Of a DNA stretch of 64,000 nucleotides, positions 1 through 9,676 are shown piece after piece; the stretch's first letter is position 1, and each line of letters starts with the position of its first letter. Position numbers and translations under genes: made by a program. The notes beneath the pieces are model-generated. The model did no database searches. It worked only from the letters and a program-made list of their open reading frames with translations, and was not told where the DNA came from. This DNA comes from Phycisphaerales bacterium (GTDB lineage: Bacteria; Planctomycetota; Phycisphaerae; Phycisphaerales; UBA1924). The stretch spans positions 2,560,001-2,624,000 of the forward strand of contig OZ245777.1 in assembly GCA_965227775.1 (NCBI GenBank). The letters run 5' to 3'.

Positions 1-1191
1 CGCACGCCGGACGTCGAGCACGCTGACGCGGCCCTCGGCGATCATGTCGGCGGCTTCTGCCGGCTCGACCTCATTTACGGATTCGAGTTCGCCGTACGAA
101 GCCACGTCTTCTGGCTTGATCCAGCCCTTGATGCGATCGAGGCCGATGCGCGAGAGATCGCGGAGTACCTCTTCGATCTGGTCATCGTGCGCGACCAGAT
201 AGATGTCCTCGTCCTCGCGCACCATCGAGCCCGCATCGGTTGGGAAGGAAGTTTGCAGCGGGAAGCTCATCGAGCCAGGCAGGTGTCCATCGCGGAACTC
301 GGGCCACGGCCTCGTGTCGACAATGGCGACCTGGTGCGGATCCAGTTTCGCCACGTCTGCAGCGAGCGCAGGCCGTGCAGGTGGCAGGCCGCCGATGACA
401 TCGGGGCCGTCGCGGTTGATCCGCTTCATGCGCGCAAAGTAGATCGGGGGCTCGGGCTGGCCTTCGAGGATCAGGTCGACGAACGCGCGCTCGTTGGACG
501 CGGGACCAATGGCCGACCGCAACGGCTCGTTGAACCGCTTCTCGTAGCCCACAGTGCTCATCGGTACGGCGCCGAGCGCCTTGCCGCATGCGCTACCGGC
601 GCCGTGGCCGGGCCAGACCTGGACGAACTCGGGCAAGCTCGGCAGCCACTTCGCGCTCTCGAAGAGCTGCCGTGCTCCTGGCTCGCGCGCGCCCACCTGG
701 CCGGCCGCAGTCTCGAGCAGGTCGGGCCGCCCAAGATCGCCCACGAACACGAAGTCGCCCGTGCAGACGCCGATGGGCTCTCCTGCCCCGGAGCCGTGAT
801 CGGTCACCACGTAGACCATGTGTTCGGGCGTGTGGCCCGGCGTGTGGACGGCGCGAAAACCGATGTTGCCGATCCGAAACTCGTCGCCGTTACGAAGGAT
901 GACGTGGTCGTACGCCCTGGCCCATGTGCTCTGCCAGTCGTCGCCGCCTTCGCCCGAGACATAGACCGTAGCGCCGGTTCGCTCGGCCATTTCGCGTGCA
1001 CCACTCACGAAGTCGGCGTGGATGTGCGTCTCGGCAACGGCTGTAATGCGTAGATCGTTCTCTCGTGCGACCTCGATGTACCGGTCGACGTCTCGCTCGG
1101 GATCGACAACGATGGCCTCGCCGGATCGCTGGCAGCCGATGAGATAGGCCGCTTGGGCCAGCTTCTCGTCATAGATCATGCGCATGAACAT
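1..1191 (-). CDS. MBL-fold metallo-hydrolase (persulfide dioxygenase-like) fused to rhodanese domain(s); runs off the window edge
   Basis: Absent from the ORF track. Read manually from ATG 1191: MFMRMIYDEKLAQAAYLIGCQRSGEAIVVDPERDVDRY...ETHIHADFVSG (HxHxD); rhodanese-like 'VLDVR' near the edge; upstream TACAAT and GAGG. Confidence 0.9.
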   Translation of the reverse strand, partial: MFMRMIYDEKLAQAAYLIGCQRSGEAIVVDPERDVDRYIEVARENDLRITAVAETHIHADFVSGAREMAERTGATVYVSGEGGDDWQSTWARAYDHVILRNGDEFRIGNIGFRAVHTPGHTPEHMVYVVTDHGSGAGEPIGVCTGDFVFVGDLGRPDLLETAAGQVGAREPGARQLFESAKWLPSLPEFVQVWPGHGAGSACGKALGAVPMSTVGYEKRFNEPLRSAIGPASNERAFVDLILEGQPEPPIYFARMKRINRDGPDVIGGLPPARPALAADVAKLDPHQVAIVDTRPWPEFRDGHLPGSMSFPLQTSFPTDAGSMVREDEDIYLVAHDDQIEEVLRDLSRIGLDRIKGWIKPEDVASYGELESVNEVEPAEAADMIAEGRVSVLDVRRA

Positions 1192-1238
1192 GGGATCGTC
1201 CTCGTACTCGCATTGTAGAGGGACGCGTGGCGACGCGT

Positions 1239-2237
1239 TCAGGCGTCGGCCGGGACCGCCGCCGAACCCGCAGCCCGCGACCAACGGTCGAGGGCGGGTG
1301 CGTCCGTCAGGTCGTACCTCAGCGGCGTGACCGTCACGGCGCGGCGGAAGAGCCAGTCGACATCGGTCCCGCTCTCGGTGTCCTGGAAGTCCATGCCGCC
1401 GGCGGCCGCCCAGAAGTACGCCCGTCCGCCCGGGCTCACGCGGCCCTCGAAGCGGTCGACGTGGCCGTGCGTGTTCATGGGGCACGCGACAATGGGAAGC
1501 CGCTCGTTCGGGTCGGCCTTGTGCACGGTGGCGTCCTGACCCTGCCGCGTGACGCGCGTGTCGGACTGGTCGAAGTTGGTGGGAAGGCCGGCGCTCGTGC
1601 GCTGGTGGCTGGCCTTCTCACGCGCCTCGGGCGTGTCCTCGATCGGATCCTCGCAGCGCGGCACGTTCATGTTGAGCACTTCGTGGGGGCTCGGGAGCCC
1701 GCCGGCCAGCAGCGTCTCGATGGCGCGCCGGGCGTGGATTGCGCCAATGTCGAAGCGCGTCGATGCACGGCCGAGGTGCAGGCTGACCGCGATCGACGGG
1801 ATACCCAAGAAGGCCGCCTCGATCGCCGCGGCAACCGTGCCGGAGTAGATCACGTTGATGCCGCAGTTGGCCCCGGCGTTCATGCCGCTGATGACCAGAT
1901 CAGGCCTCGAGCCCTTGCCGAACTGTCCGGGCCAAATTTCGCTCAGCGCAAGCTTCACGCAGTCGGCCGGGCGACCGTCGACCGCCGTCCCGGTCATGCG
2001 CCCGCGGATGCGGCTGGGCTCGACCATGAGCGGCTCGTGGAAGGTCACGCCGTGGCTCGTGGCGCTCTGCACGGTCGCCGGCGCCACGGTGTAGATCGTC
2101 TCGACCGGCGTGCCGGCGATCGAGATGGGCCCACCCAGCGTGCCCTCGTGGCCGGGAATGGTGTCCATCAGCGCGTCGTAGAGAGCCACAATGCCGGGGG
2201 CCCGGATGCCGTCGTCGTTGGTGAGCAAGATCCTCAT
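1239..2237 (-). CDS. surE: 5'/3'-nucleotidase SurE
   Basis: MRILLTNDDGI, DGRPADCV, SGMNAGAN, YSGTVAAA motifs; start placed at ATG 2237. Confidence 0.95.
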   Translation of the reverse strand: MRILLTNDDGIRAPGIVALYDALMDTIPGHEGTLGGPISIAGTPVETIYTVAPATVQSATSHGVTFHEPLMVEPSRIRGRMTGTAVDGRPADCVKLALSEIWPGQFGKGSRPDLVISGMNAGANCGINVIYSGTVAAAIEAAFLGIPSIAVSLHLGRASTRFDIGAIHARRAIETLLAGGLPSPHEVLNMNVPRCEDPIEDTPEAREKASHQRTSAGLPTNFDQSDTRVTRQGQDATVHKADPNERLPIVACPMNTHGHVDRFEGRVSPGGRAYFWAAAGGMDFQDTESGTDVDWLFRRAVTVTPLRYDLTDAPALDRWSRAAGSAAVPADA

Positions 2238-2284
2238 TAGGGGAGCGTAGGGCCTCGGGCACTCGGCCCGCATACCTTTGCAGC

Positions 2285-2465
2285 TGATGACCGTCTCGGC
2301 CTGAACAGGTTTCTCGGCCCATCCGGGGCTTCCCGCCGCGCTCGACCAGAGCAGGCGTGGTGCTGCTGCGCTCTGCCCGCGCGTTGGATGGATCGATCTC
2401 GCGGGCGACGTACCAGCCTGTTCATGACGGCCCCCGCCGGGCACGTTCCGGCGAGATGGATCTCC
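2285..2465 (+). promoter_or_regulatory. Putative structured 5' leader with uORF MTVSA* (2287-2304)
   Basis: TACCTT 2273-2278; nested pairs CCGTC/GACGG, TGAACAGGT/GCCTGTTCA, CCATCCGG/TTGGATGG, CAGAGC/GCTCTG. Confidence 0.55.
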
Positions 2466-2471
2466 CAACAC

Positions 2472-2933
2472 ATGCCACGAGCACACCGCACCGGCGACCA
2501 ACGCGCCGGCCACCACCCTGATCATCATCAGGAGCGCGACCATCTCCAGCCCCGCGCGCGCGGCGGCCACTACGGTCGCCGCAACGAATCGGACGGATTT
2601 ACCTGCATCTGCTGCAAGGCCCGCGTGAGCGGCCGCGCCTGGGGCACGAAGCAGCGCAACCACTGCCCGGCTTGCCTGCACAGCAAGCACGTCGACAATC
2701 AGCCCGGCGACCGCGCGAGCGCCTGCGGCGGCGCGATGGAGCCCATCGCCGTCGCCGTACGCTCGAGCGGCGAGGACGCCGGCGAGTGGGTCCTCGTGCA
2801 CCGCTGCAACCGCTGCGGCGTGCTGCGCGTCAACCGCATCGCCGGCGACGACAGCGAACGCGCCCTGCTCGCGCTCGCCCTGAGACCGCTCGCGCGGCCG
2901 GCGTTCCCCATCGATGACCCAAGGGGCGGCTAG
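2472..2933 (+). CDS. RNHCP domain protein
   Basis: FTCICC...QRNHCPACLHSKHVD...PGDRASACGGAMEPIAV...HRCNRCG...NRIAGDD; start uncertain. Confidence 0.9.
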   Translation: MPRAHRTGDQRAGHHPDHHQERDHLQPRARGGHYGRRNESDGFTCICCKARVSGRAWGTKQRNHCPACLHSKHVDNQPGDRASACGGAMEPIAVAVRSSGEDAGEWVLVHRCNRCGVLRVNRIAGDDSERALLALALRPLARPAFPIDDPRGG

Positions 2934-4246
2934 TCGCAGCCTGCGTCGAACGCGTCGAAGTAACGCAGAAAGTCGAAGATCGTCAGTACGCCGTCGCCGT
3001 CGAAGTCGGCGCGGAGGTCGCCGTCCTGGAACAGGTTGGTGAAGGCCAGGAAGTCAAAGATGGTCACCTCGCCGTCGCCGTCGAGATCGACCGCGCAGGG
3101 CGGGGCCGGGTCGAGCACGGCCAGATAGCCCTCGGTGTTGCCATCGGGATTGGTTCCTGCACCGACGACGACGATGCGCCCGGTGTCGGCGTGCACACTG
3201 GCGTCCAACGCGAGGGTGAGCGTCCAGCCCGTCAGGTCGAGGCCGAAGTCGTTCACCAGCACGTCTTGCAGCGGGCGCATGCCATCGGTGTCGGTCCAGA
3301 TGAACGCTTGCAGGTCGCCGCCGTCCTGGGCCCAGCCGACGATGACGGTGCCGTCCTCGCTGACGGCGCGGGTGAAGATGCGGGCGCCGTCAAACTCGCT
3401 GGCGGTGGCCAGGATATCGAGGCCCGCGTCCGTCCACCGCGCCGCAGATTGGCCATCGTCAGTGCGCACCCACCCGGCGATCACCGAGCCGTCGAGGGTG
3501 ATGCTCTGCGCTTCGCCCCACGCGTCGGGTTCGGCGGGCAGCGGCAATGCCTGGATGCCATCGGCCGCAGTCCAGCGGAAGGGCACGCGCTGCTCGCCGT
3601 CCGGACTTGCAAACCCGGCGACGGTGGCGCCATCTCCGCTGATGGCGACCGACAGCGACGAGCCATCGGGCGTGAGCCGCCCCAGGCCGATCAGGCCGGT
3701 CGCCGATGTCCACAGGAACGCCTCGTCGCCGCGAAAGCCTGCCGCCGAACGGCTCGAACCAGTGATCGTCTCGCCATCAGTTGAAGCCGCACCGGCCTCG
3801 CTCTGGATGGGTCCGCCCGGTAGGTCGCCGAGCGACTGCATGCCCACGCCCTCGCGCCAGCGCATGGCGAGGAAGCCGTCGGGGGCGGAAGCCGTGCCGA
3901 CGATGGTCGATCCATCGGTGCTGACGCCCGCTGCGCTGCTAAAAAAGAAGCTGCCGCCGAGGTCGCCCAGGGCCTCGATTCCGCCAGACTGCGTCCAGCG
4001 AAAGGCCTCGCGCCCTCGTCCGCTCTGCGAGTTGCCCGAGACGACCAAGCCCGACAGGTTACCACCGGCAAGATCGAAGGAACTGACACCACTCGCTGAC
4101 GAGTTGAATTGGCCCCCTGCCAGATCGCCCAGCGGGAGGAACACCGACTGGGCGAACGCGCCGCCGGTGGTTACAGCGGTCGCCGCAACGGCTAGCAATG
4201 CGGTTGAGGTCGGTGATCCGAGATTCCTGGTTCCGTCACGCTTCAT
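2930..4246 (-). CDS. Secreted HAF-repeat-like protein with C-terminal GC-type dockerin-like domain
   Basis: Signal peptide ending AFA-Q; repeated 'S.DG.TIVG...AFRWT...GL..LG' units; C-terminal duplicated DxDGDGxxTIFDFL ending AGCD; GGGAGG upstream. Confidence 0.85.
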   Translation of the reverse strand: MKRDGTRNLGSPTSTALLAVAATAVTTGGAFAQSVFLPLGDLAGGQFNSSASGVSSFDLAGGNLSGLVVSGNSQSGRGREAFRWTQSGGIEALGDLGGSFFFSSAAGVSTDGSTIVGTASAPDGFLAMRWREGVGMQSLGDLPGGPIQSEAGAASTDGETITGSSRSAAGFRGDEAFLWTSATGLIGLGRLTPDGSSLSVAISGDGATVAGFASPDGEQRVPFRWTAADGIQALPLPAEPDAWGEAQSITLDGSVIAGWVRTDDGQSAARWTDAGLDILATASEFDGARIFTRAVSEDGTVIVGWAQDGGDLQAFIWTDTDGMRPLQDVLVNDFGLDLTGWTLTLALDASVHADTGRIVVVGAGTNPDGNTEGYLAVLDPAPPCAVDLDGDGEVTIFDFLAFTNLFQDGDLRADFDGDGVLTIFDFLRYFDAFDAGCD

Positions 4247-4360
4247 CTGGTTCCCTCCCACGCAACAAGCTTCTCTTCTTCGCAAGAGGATACCGCCAGA
4301 TCGAGCTTTGCAAGCCGGGAATGAGGGCAGATTCATGTCTTCTGGGTCAGCGGCGTGGGT

Positions 4361-4843
4361 TCAGGCCTTCGCGGCATCCCTTAGGAACGCGCGGTGCTTT
4401 CCGAGCCGAATGTCGGCGACCATGGCCTTGGCGATCGTGCCATCGGGGCTGAGCAGGTAGGTCACACGCCGGGGCATGCCGAGCATGCCGAGGGCGTCAA
4501 TGGCCTTGAGGATCGACTTGTTCTCGTCAGCGATGATCGGGAAGGGCAACTCGTGCTTCATCTTGAAGCGCTCGTGGCTCTCGCGACCTTGAGGGCTGAT
4601 GCCGACCACGCGCAAGCCCGAGCCCTCGAGCTCGGCGGCCAGTTCGCCCATCGTGTCGCGCATCGCGCAGGCCTGGCGGGTGCACATGGGGGTGTTGTCG
4701 GCGGGATAGGAGTAGAGCACGATCGGGCCCTTGGTCGCAAGGTCCGCCAGCTTCGTGGGCTCGTCGCAGAGCCCCGGCGTGGGCGGGATCGTGACGTCCG
4801 GGATGGGAGAGCCTTCGGCAAGCACGGGCGAGTTTAGCTCCAT
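4361..4843 (-). CDS. bcp: Peroxiredoxin, BCP/PrxQ family
   Basis: YPADNTPMCTRQAC (PxxxTxxC with resolving Cys), VVGIS, RVTYL; start at ATG 4843 inside a longer shadow ORF. Confidence 0.88.
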   Translation of the reverse strand: MELNSPVLAEGSPIPDVTIPPTPGLCDEPTKLADLATKGPIVLYSYPADNTPMCTRQACAMRDTMGELAAELEGSGLRVVGISPQGRESHERFKMKHELPFPIIADENKSILKAIDALGMLGMPRRVTYLLSPDGTIAKAMVADIRLGKHRAFLRDAAKA

Positions 4844-4855
4844 ATCCTGTCGACG

Positions 4856-6049
4856 ATGATCGCGTCCAATGCCGTGTCCGACCGGTTGAGCGATTTCGGC
4901 TCGACCATCTTCGCCGAGATGACCGCGCTGGCTGTGCGTCACAAGGCCGTGAACCTGTCCCAGGGCTTCCCCGACTTCGAGGGCCCCGCCGCGATGCTCG
5001 AGGCGCTCGGGGAGGCCGCGGGGTCGGGCTTCAACCAGTACGCCCCGCTCACCGGTGTGCCCGAGCTGCGCCACGGCGTCGCCCAGTGGTTCAATAAGTT
5101 TGGCGGGTTCGAGATCGACTCTGATACCTGGGTCACAGCGACCTGTGGCTGCACCGAGGCGATCGCCGCAAGCATGCTGGGGCTGATGAACCCGCGCGAT
5201 GGCCTCGTTGTCTTCCAGCCCTGCTACGACAGCTATCAGGCGACGGCGTCGATGGCGGGGGCCACGCTCCTGCCCGTGACGCTTGTTCCCGACGCTGGCG
5301 GCCGGTTCACCTTCAACCCGGACGACCTGCGCGCTGCTTTCGAGCAGAAGCCCCAGGCCGTCCTCCTCAACACGCCGCACAATCCTACGGGTTTGGTATT
5401 CACTGAAGACCAGCTCGCGCTCATCGCCGAATTGTGCGTGCGGCACGACGCTTTTGCCATCAGCGATGAGGTCTACGACCACTTGGTGTACGAGGGCCGT
5501 CACCATCGCCTGGCGAGCTTCGAGGGCATGGCCGAGCGCACGATCACGCTGGGCAGCATCGGCAAGCTATTCAGTGCGACGGGCTGGAAGGTCGGCTGGG
5601 CCGTGGCGCCGCCACGCTTGGGCGAGGGTGTGCGCAGCGCCCACCAGTTCCTGACGTTCTGTGCGAACGCGCCGGCCCAGGCCGCCTCGGCCAAGGCGCT
5701 ACTCGAGCACCTCGACAGCACGATCGAGCTGCGCGATAACATGAAGGCGAATCGCGACCTGCTCTGTGATGCGCTGGAGCGCGTCGGGTTCAAAGTCTTC
5801 CGGCCGGCGGCTGGATACTTCGTTATGTGTGATCACACACCGGTGTCCAAGCGGCTAGGCATCGAGGGCCCCGATGCGGACATCGCGTTCTGCAGGCACC
5901 TGGTCGAGCAGGTTGGCGTCGCGGCGATCCCGCCGAGCTCGTTCTACGTCGATCGGTCGATGGGCTCGAAGTACGTCCGCTTTGCATTTTGCAAGAAGCG
6001 TGAGACGATCAAGCGGGCCATCGATCAACTCGAGACGCTCAGCGAATGA
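4856..6049 (+). CDS. PLP-dependent class I/II aminotransferase (YbdL/kynurenine aminotransferase-like)
   Basis: TIFAEMTALA, AVNLSQGFPDF, NTPHNPTG, SDEVY, SIGKLFSATGWKVGW, RFAFCK. Confidence 0.93.
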   Translation: MIASNAVSDRLSDFGSTIFAEMTALAVRHKAVNLSQGFPDFEGPAAMLEALGEAAGSGFNQYAPLTGVPELRHGVAQWFNKFGGFEIDSDTWVTATCGCTEAIAASMLGLMNPRDGLVVFQPCYDSYQATASMAGATLLPVTLVPDAGGRFTFNPDDLRAAFEQKPQAVLLNTPHNPTGLVFTEDQLALIAELCVRHDAFAISDEVYDHLVYEGRHHRLASFEGMAERTITLGSIGKLFSATGWKVGWAVAPPRLGEGVRSAHQFLTFCANAPAQAASAKALLEHLDSTIELRDNMKANRDLLCDALERVGFKVFRPAAGYFVMCDHTPVSKRLGIEGPDADIAFCRHLVEQVGVAAIPPSSFYVDRSMGSKYVRFAFCKKRETIKRAIDQLETLSE

Positions 6050-7520
6050 GGGCCTGAGCCTCGTCGAGCAACCTGTTTGCCTTGGTATCGTCGGGTGCCT
6101 CGGCTATCAGCCGCACGATGGGCTCGGTGTTGCTTGCACGCACGCTGAGCCACGCCTTCTCGTCGTCAAGGTCGATCCGCACGCCGTCCTGCAGGTCGAC
6201 ACGGCCTCGGCCCTCAAACGCCTTTGTAACAGCGTCGATAGCTGGCTTGGCCGCTTCTTTGCTCGCGATGTCCTGCTTGCGCTTCACGATGGCGTAGCTC
6301 GGCAGGCCGCCGACGATCTGGCTCAACGGCTTCTCGTGCCGGGCCATGAGCGCGAGCGTCAGGCCCATCGCCACGACCGAGTCTCGCACGAACGAGACCG
6401 AGGGCCAGATGACCCCGCCGTTACCCTCGCCGCCGAGCACGACGTTCTTGCCGTCGGCCAGCAGCTCGAGCATCCGGCCGACGACGTGGGCCTCGCCCAC
6501 GGGCGTGCGCTCGACCCGCGCCCCAAACCGCTCGGCCACGTCTTCGATCATGCGGCTGGTCGAGAGGTTCGTGACAATGATCGCCTCGTCATCATCTTCT
6601 TCTTCCAGCTCGAGCAGCGCGAGCGACGAGAGCACGAGCGTGTACTCCTCGCCGATGTAGCGGCCGGCCTCATCGACGATCGCGAGCCGATCGGCGTCGG
6701 GATCCTGCGCGAAGCCGATGTCGGCGCCTATGCCCGGCACCACGCCGCAGAGCCCGCCGTCGCCCGAGAGGTTCTCTCTCGTCGGTTCGGGCGTGTGCGG
6801 GAACACGCCGCTGGGCGAGCAGTTCAGCGGAATGACGTCGGCCAGGTAATCGAGGAACGGAACGCCGACGAGTGCGCCCGAGCTATTGACCGCGTCGAGC
6901 ACGCACCGCAGCCCGATCGAGCCCGATTCGTCCCACCGCTCGAGCGCTCCATCGGGCAGCATCGAGATCACGCGCCCGGCCACGCCGGACCAGTGGTGGT
7001 ACGAAGCCCTGTCCTCGTCAGCGATGGGTTCGAACGCGGTGGACTCGGCCCACTCGGGACCGCGCCCGAACTGCTCGATGATCTCGCGGGCGAGCTCGGC
7101 GGGCGGAGCGCATGCGAAGTCGAATTCGTGCTCTTCGCCGCCGGCAATGCCCGCGATGAGGAGCTTCAGCCCATTCCATTGCTGCGGGTTGTGGCTTGCC
7201 GTCACGATGACCGCGCCGTCTACCTCGTCCAGCGCCGCCATGCCGATGGTGGGGGTGCTTGCAACGCCGAGCCGAGTGACCGAGCAGCCCGAGCCGAGCA
7301 GGCCCGCGACGGCGGCTTCATAGACGGCCTCGCCGCCCCGACGCCCGTCGCGGCCGATGATCACATGGGGTGATGAGCCCCGAGCGTTCAGAAATGTCCC
7401 AAAAGCCGCGGCGTACCGCAGGGCGACCTCGGGGGTGAGGCTCTGGCCGGTGATCCCCCGCATGCCGCTGACGCCGAGCATGAGGGGGGCTGACGTTTGA
7501 TTCTCGGTCGTGGATGCCAT
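6039..7520 (-). CDS. Alpha-D-phosphohexomutase (phosphoglucosamine mutase/phosphomannomutase-like)
   Basis: TASHNP, QDPDADR, GGEGNGG, RASNTEP. Confidence 0.93.
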   Translation of the reverse strand: MASTTENQTSAPLMLGVSGMRGITGQSLTPEVALRYAAAFGTFLNARGSSPHVIIGRDGRRGGEAVYEAAVAGLLGSGCSVTRLGVASTPTIGMAALDEVDGAVIVTASHNPQQWNGLKLLIAGIAGGEEHEFDFACAPPAELAREIIEQFGRGPEWAESTAFEPIADEDRASYHHWSGVAGRVISMLPDGALERWDESGSIGLRCVLDAVNSSGALVGVPFLDYLADVIPLNCSPSGVFPHTPEPTRENLSGDGGLCGVVPGIGADIGFAQDPDADRLAIVDEAGRYIGEEYTLVLSSLALLELEEEDDDEAIIVTNLSTSRMIEDVAERFGARVERTPVGEAHVVGRMLELLADGKNVVLGGEGNGGVIWPSVSFVRDSVVAMGLTLALMARHEKPLSQIVGGLPSYAIVKRKQDIASKEAAKPAIDAVTKAFEGRGRVDLQDGVRIDLDDEKAWLSVRASNTEPIVRLIAEAPDDTKANRLLDEAQALIR

Positions 7521-7613
7521 GGAGGCGAGGCTAGGCCCCGGACGGTGCGACCCTCGGCGGTGTCTACTGGTATGAACCCCCTGAGCAGGTCCTTGCAGAC
7601 CGAGGAGAACGTC

Positions 7614-8696
7614 ATGCGACACCGAGCGATCGCCATCCTGGCCCTGAGCGGCCTGGCCCTTGCCTCCCACGCCACCGCCGCGGCGCCATCGCTGTGGTTC
7701 CAGTCACAGGTGGCCGGCCTTCAGCAGCCCGCCGACCGCAACGCCGCCCTGGACTACTGGCGCCTCGTCAACACGACCTCATACGCCGACGACCTGCCGA
7801 CTCGGGCAAGCGGGGTTTTCAAGCTCTTGCATCCGGACTCCGAGAGCGGCGACCAGGCGATCGAGTCGCCCGCAGCGCTTCTGCCCGGCGGGGAACTCGC
7901 GGCCGAGCTGAGTGCCATTGCAGACTTCATGGACGACCTCGAGCGTGCCAGCCGAGAGACCCACTGCGACTTCCAGGTCCGCTACGAAGACGGATACGCG
8001 GCACTGCTGCCCCACCTCGGGCAGATGCGTAACTTCGCCCGTCTCCTAACAGCCGACGCCAGACGCCTTGCGCTCGCCGGTGACAGCCAAGGTGCCGCGG
8101 ATCGCTTGGCCACTGCGCTCCGCATGGCCCGGCACATCACCGGCGATCGCATCCTGATTAGTTCGCTGGTATCTGCGGCGATTACTGATATGGCCATGAG
8201 AGAGGCGTATTGGCTCCTTGATCGGACGCAGGATGGCCGTGAGGTCCGGCAAGCGTTGGGCGAGGCCGTGAGTCGCTTCCCGGCCGAAGATCCGCACAAG
8301 GTCGAGTTGGCACTGAGGACGGAGCGCGATCTTGTCGCGTCTCTGGCACGGCAGTTTCGTGGTCCCAACGCTGGTCGAGACTTCGCGAAACTGTTCCTGC
8401 AAATGGGCGGTACCGGCGAGGACGACTCTGCCGAGTCGGCGTTGCGTGCCCTGAACGGGGAGCAGTTCAAGCTGGAAGTCGAGAAGGCGGTCGACGCGTT
8501 CGACCTGGTATTCGAGGCCTGGAACGCCGAAGATCCGCCCGCCGAACTCCGGATGCTGAGCGAGCACTTCTCGAGTGGCGACTTTGGGCCCGTTGCAGTC
8601 ATTGTGGTGCCGGCGTTTGGTCATGCATACAAGTCTGACGCAAGGGCGAGGGAACGACTCCAGGCGTTCCGAACCCGGCTCGATGTTGATGGCTGA
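7614..8696 (+). CDS. Exported hypothetical helical protein
   Basis: GAGGAG RBS; signal peptide MRHRAIAILALSGLALASHATA; overlaps the ECF gene start. Confidence 0.8.
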   Translation: MRHRAIAILALSGLALASHATAAAPSLWFQSQVAGLQQPADRNAALDYWRLVNTTSYADDLPTRASGVFKLLHPDSESGDQAIESPAALLPGGELAAELSAIADFMDDLERASRETHCDFQVRYEDGYAALLPHLGQMRNFARLLTADARRLALAGDSQGAADRLATALRMARHITGDRILISSLVSAAITDMAMREAYWLLDRTQDGREVRQALGEAVSRFPAEDPHKVELALRTERDLVASLARQFRGPNAGRDFAKLFLQMGGTGEDDSAESALRALNGEQFKLEVEKAVDAFDLVFEAWNAEDPPAELRMLSEHFSSGDFGPVAVIVVPAFGHAYKSDARARERLQAFRTRLDVDG

Positions 8697-9282
8697 ACAC
8701 GAATCAACACAAAGCCATGAAGGCGGCCGGTTCGATGAGGATCGGTCGCTATTGCTCGCGTTTCACGCCGGCAGCGAGTCGGCGGCGATTGAGCTCTGGA
8801 GTCGCTATGCCGGACGACTGCGGGTGTACGCCCGCACGATGACCGATGACGAGCTCGCCGAGGACGTGGTGCAGGGCGTCTTCCTTGACGTGCTGCGGCT
8901 TCGCCGCGGAAAGGTCCGAACCGTGCGCGATCCAGCGGCATGGCTCTGCACGCTGACGCGCCACGCCGCCCTGAACGCCCGGCGCGGTGAGGCACGGCGC
9001 GAGAAGCGCGAGTCGGCTTCGATCGAGGACCGCTCGAGTTCGCAGGCCGAATCGTCGCCGAGCCAGGAGGACGCGTCCGCCGTGCTGGAGCGTTTGCCCG
9101 AGCCGTGGCGCGAAGCGGTCGTACTCCGCCACGCGTATGGATTTACACTGGAGCGGCTGGCCGACGCTCTGGGAGTGTCGCGTTCGACTGCGGCGGATCG
9201 CTACAGCCGCGGTCTCGCGATGGCGCGGGATCTTGCCGAACCGCCACCAAGTCAGAAGGAGCATACAAGCCATGCTCGATGA
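8689..9282 (+). CDS. ECF RNA polymerase sigma factor
   Basis: Region 2 'LAEDVVQGVFL...AWLCTLTRH'; region 4 'LERLPEPWREAVVLR...LADALGVSRST'. Confidence 0.9.
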   Translation: MAEHESTQSHEGGRFDEDRSLLLAFHAGSESAAIELWSRYAGRLRVYARTMTDDELAEDVVQGVFLDVLRLRRGKVRTVRDPAAWLCTLTRHAALNARRGEARREKRESASIEDRSSSQAESSPSQEDASAVLERLPEPWREAVVLRHAYGFTLERLADALGVSRSTAADRYSRGLAMARDLAEPPPSQKEHTSHAR

Positions 9283-9643
9283 GTACCAAGTTGATGTTCC
9301 TGCCGGACCGATGCCCCAATCGATCAAGCGTGCGGTGGCCAGGCGACGCTTCGCGAACAGGGCTCGCCGAGCAGGCGGCCTCGGTGCAGTGCTGCTTGTC
9401 GTAGGCGTGGGGGCGTGGTTCATGCTGCCCGGCGAAGGTCCCGAGCCCTCGACGGACCGAGTCGCCGTACAGGACGAGCACGAACTGGACGTCACGCGTC
9501 TGTCTCCGTCGTCGGTGCTCGCTCTGCGCTTGGCGGGCCCCGAAAGTGCTGCCACGACGCCCGCGGGTGCTCGCTCGCGTGGGGACGAGTCCATCTTTGG
9601 GCTTCGCCAGCAGTTGGAAGGGCCGCTCTCGCCGGCCTCATGA
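9272..9643 (+). CDS. Small single-pass membrane protein, putative anti-sigma factor
   Basis: Overlaps the sigma gene end; Arg-rich stretch then TM GLGAVLLVVGVGAWFML. Confidence 0.65.
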   Translation: MLDEYQVDVPAGPMPQSIKRAVARRRFANRARRAGGLGAVLLVVGVGAWFMLPGEGPEPSTDRVAVQDEHELDVTRLSPSSVLALRLAGPESAATTPAGARSRGDESIFGLRQQLEGPLSPAS

Positions 9644-9676
9644 AGATGCCCCACGCGCCGGGCCGATAAGGACGAG

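Noticed and set aside
187..1053. 288-aa + strand ORF
   Set aside because: Antisense shadow of the MBL/rhodanese gene, which has clear motifs
2238..2801. N-terminal extension of surE in the ORF track
   Set aside because: SurE homology starts at MRILLTNDDG; the extension overlaps the RNHCP gene on the other strand
5874..7373. Long overlapping ORFs here and at 1227-2240, 55088-56701, 58234-59985 and 59238-60758
   Set aside because: High-GC shadow frames opposite well-supported genes, with no motifs
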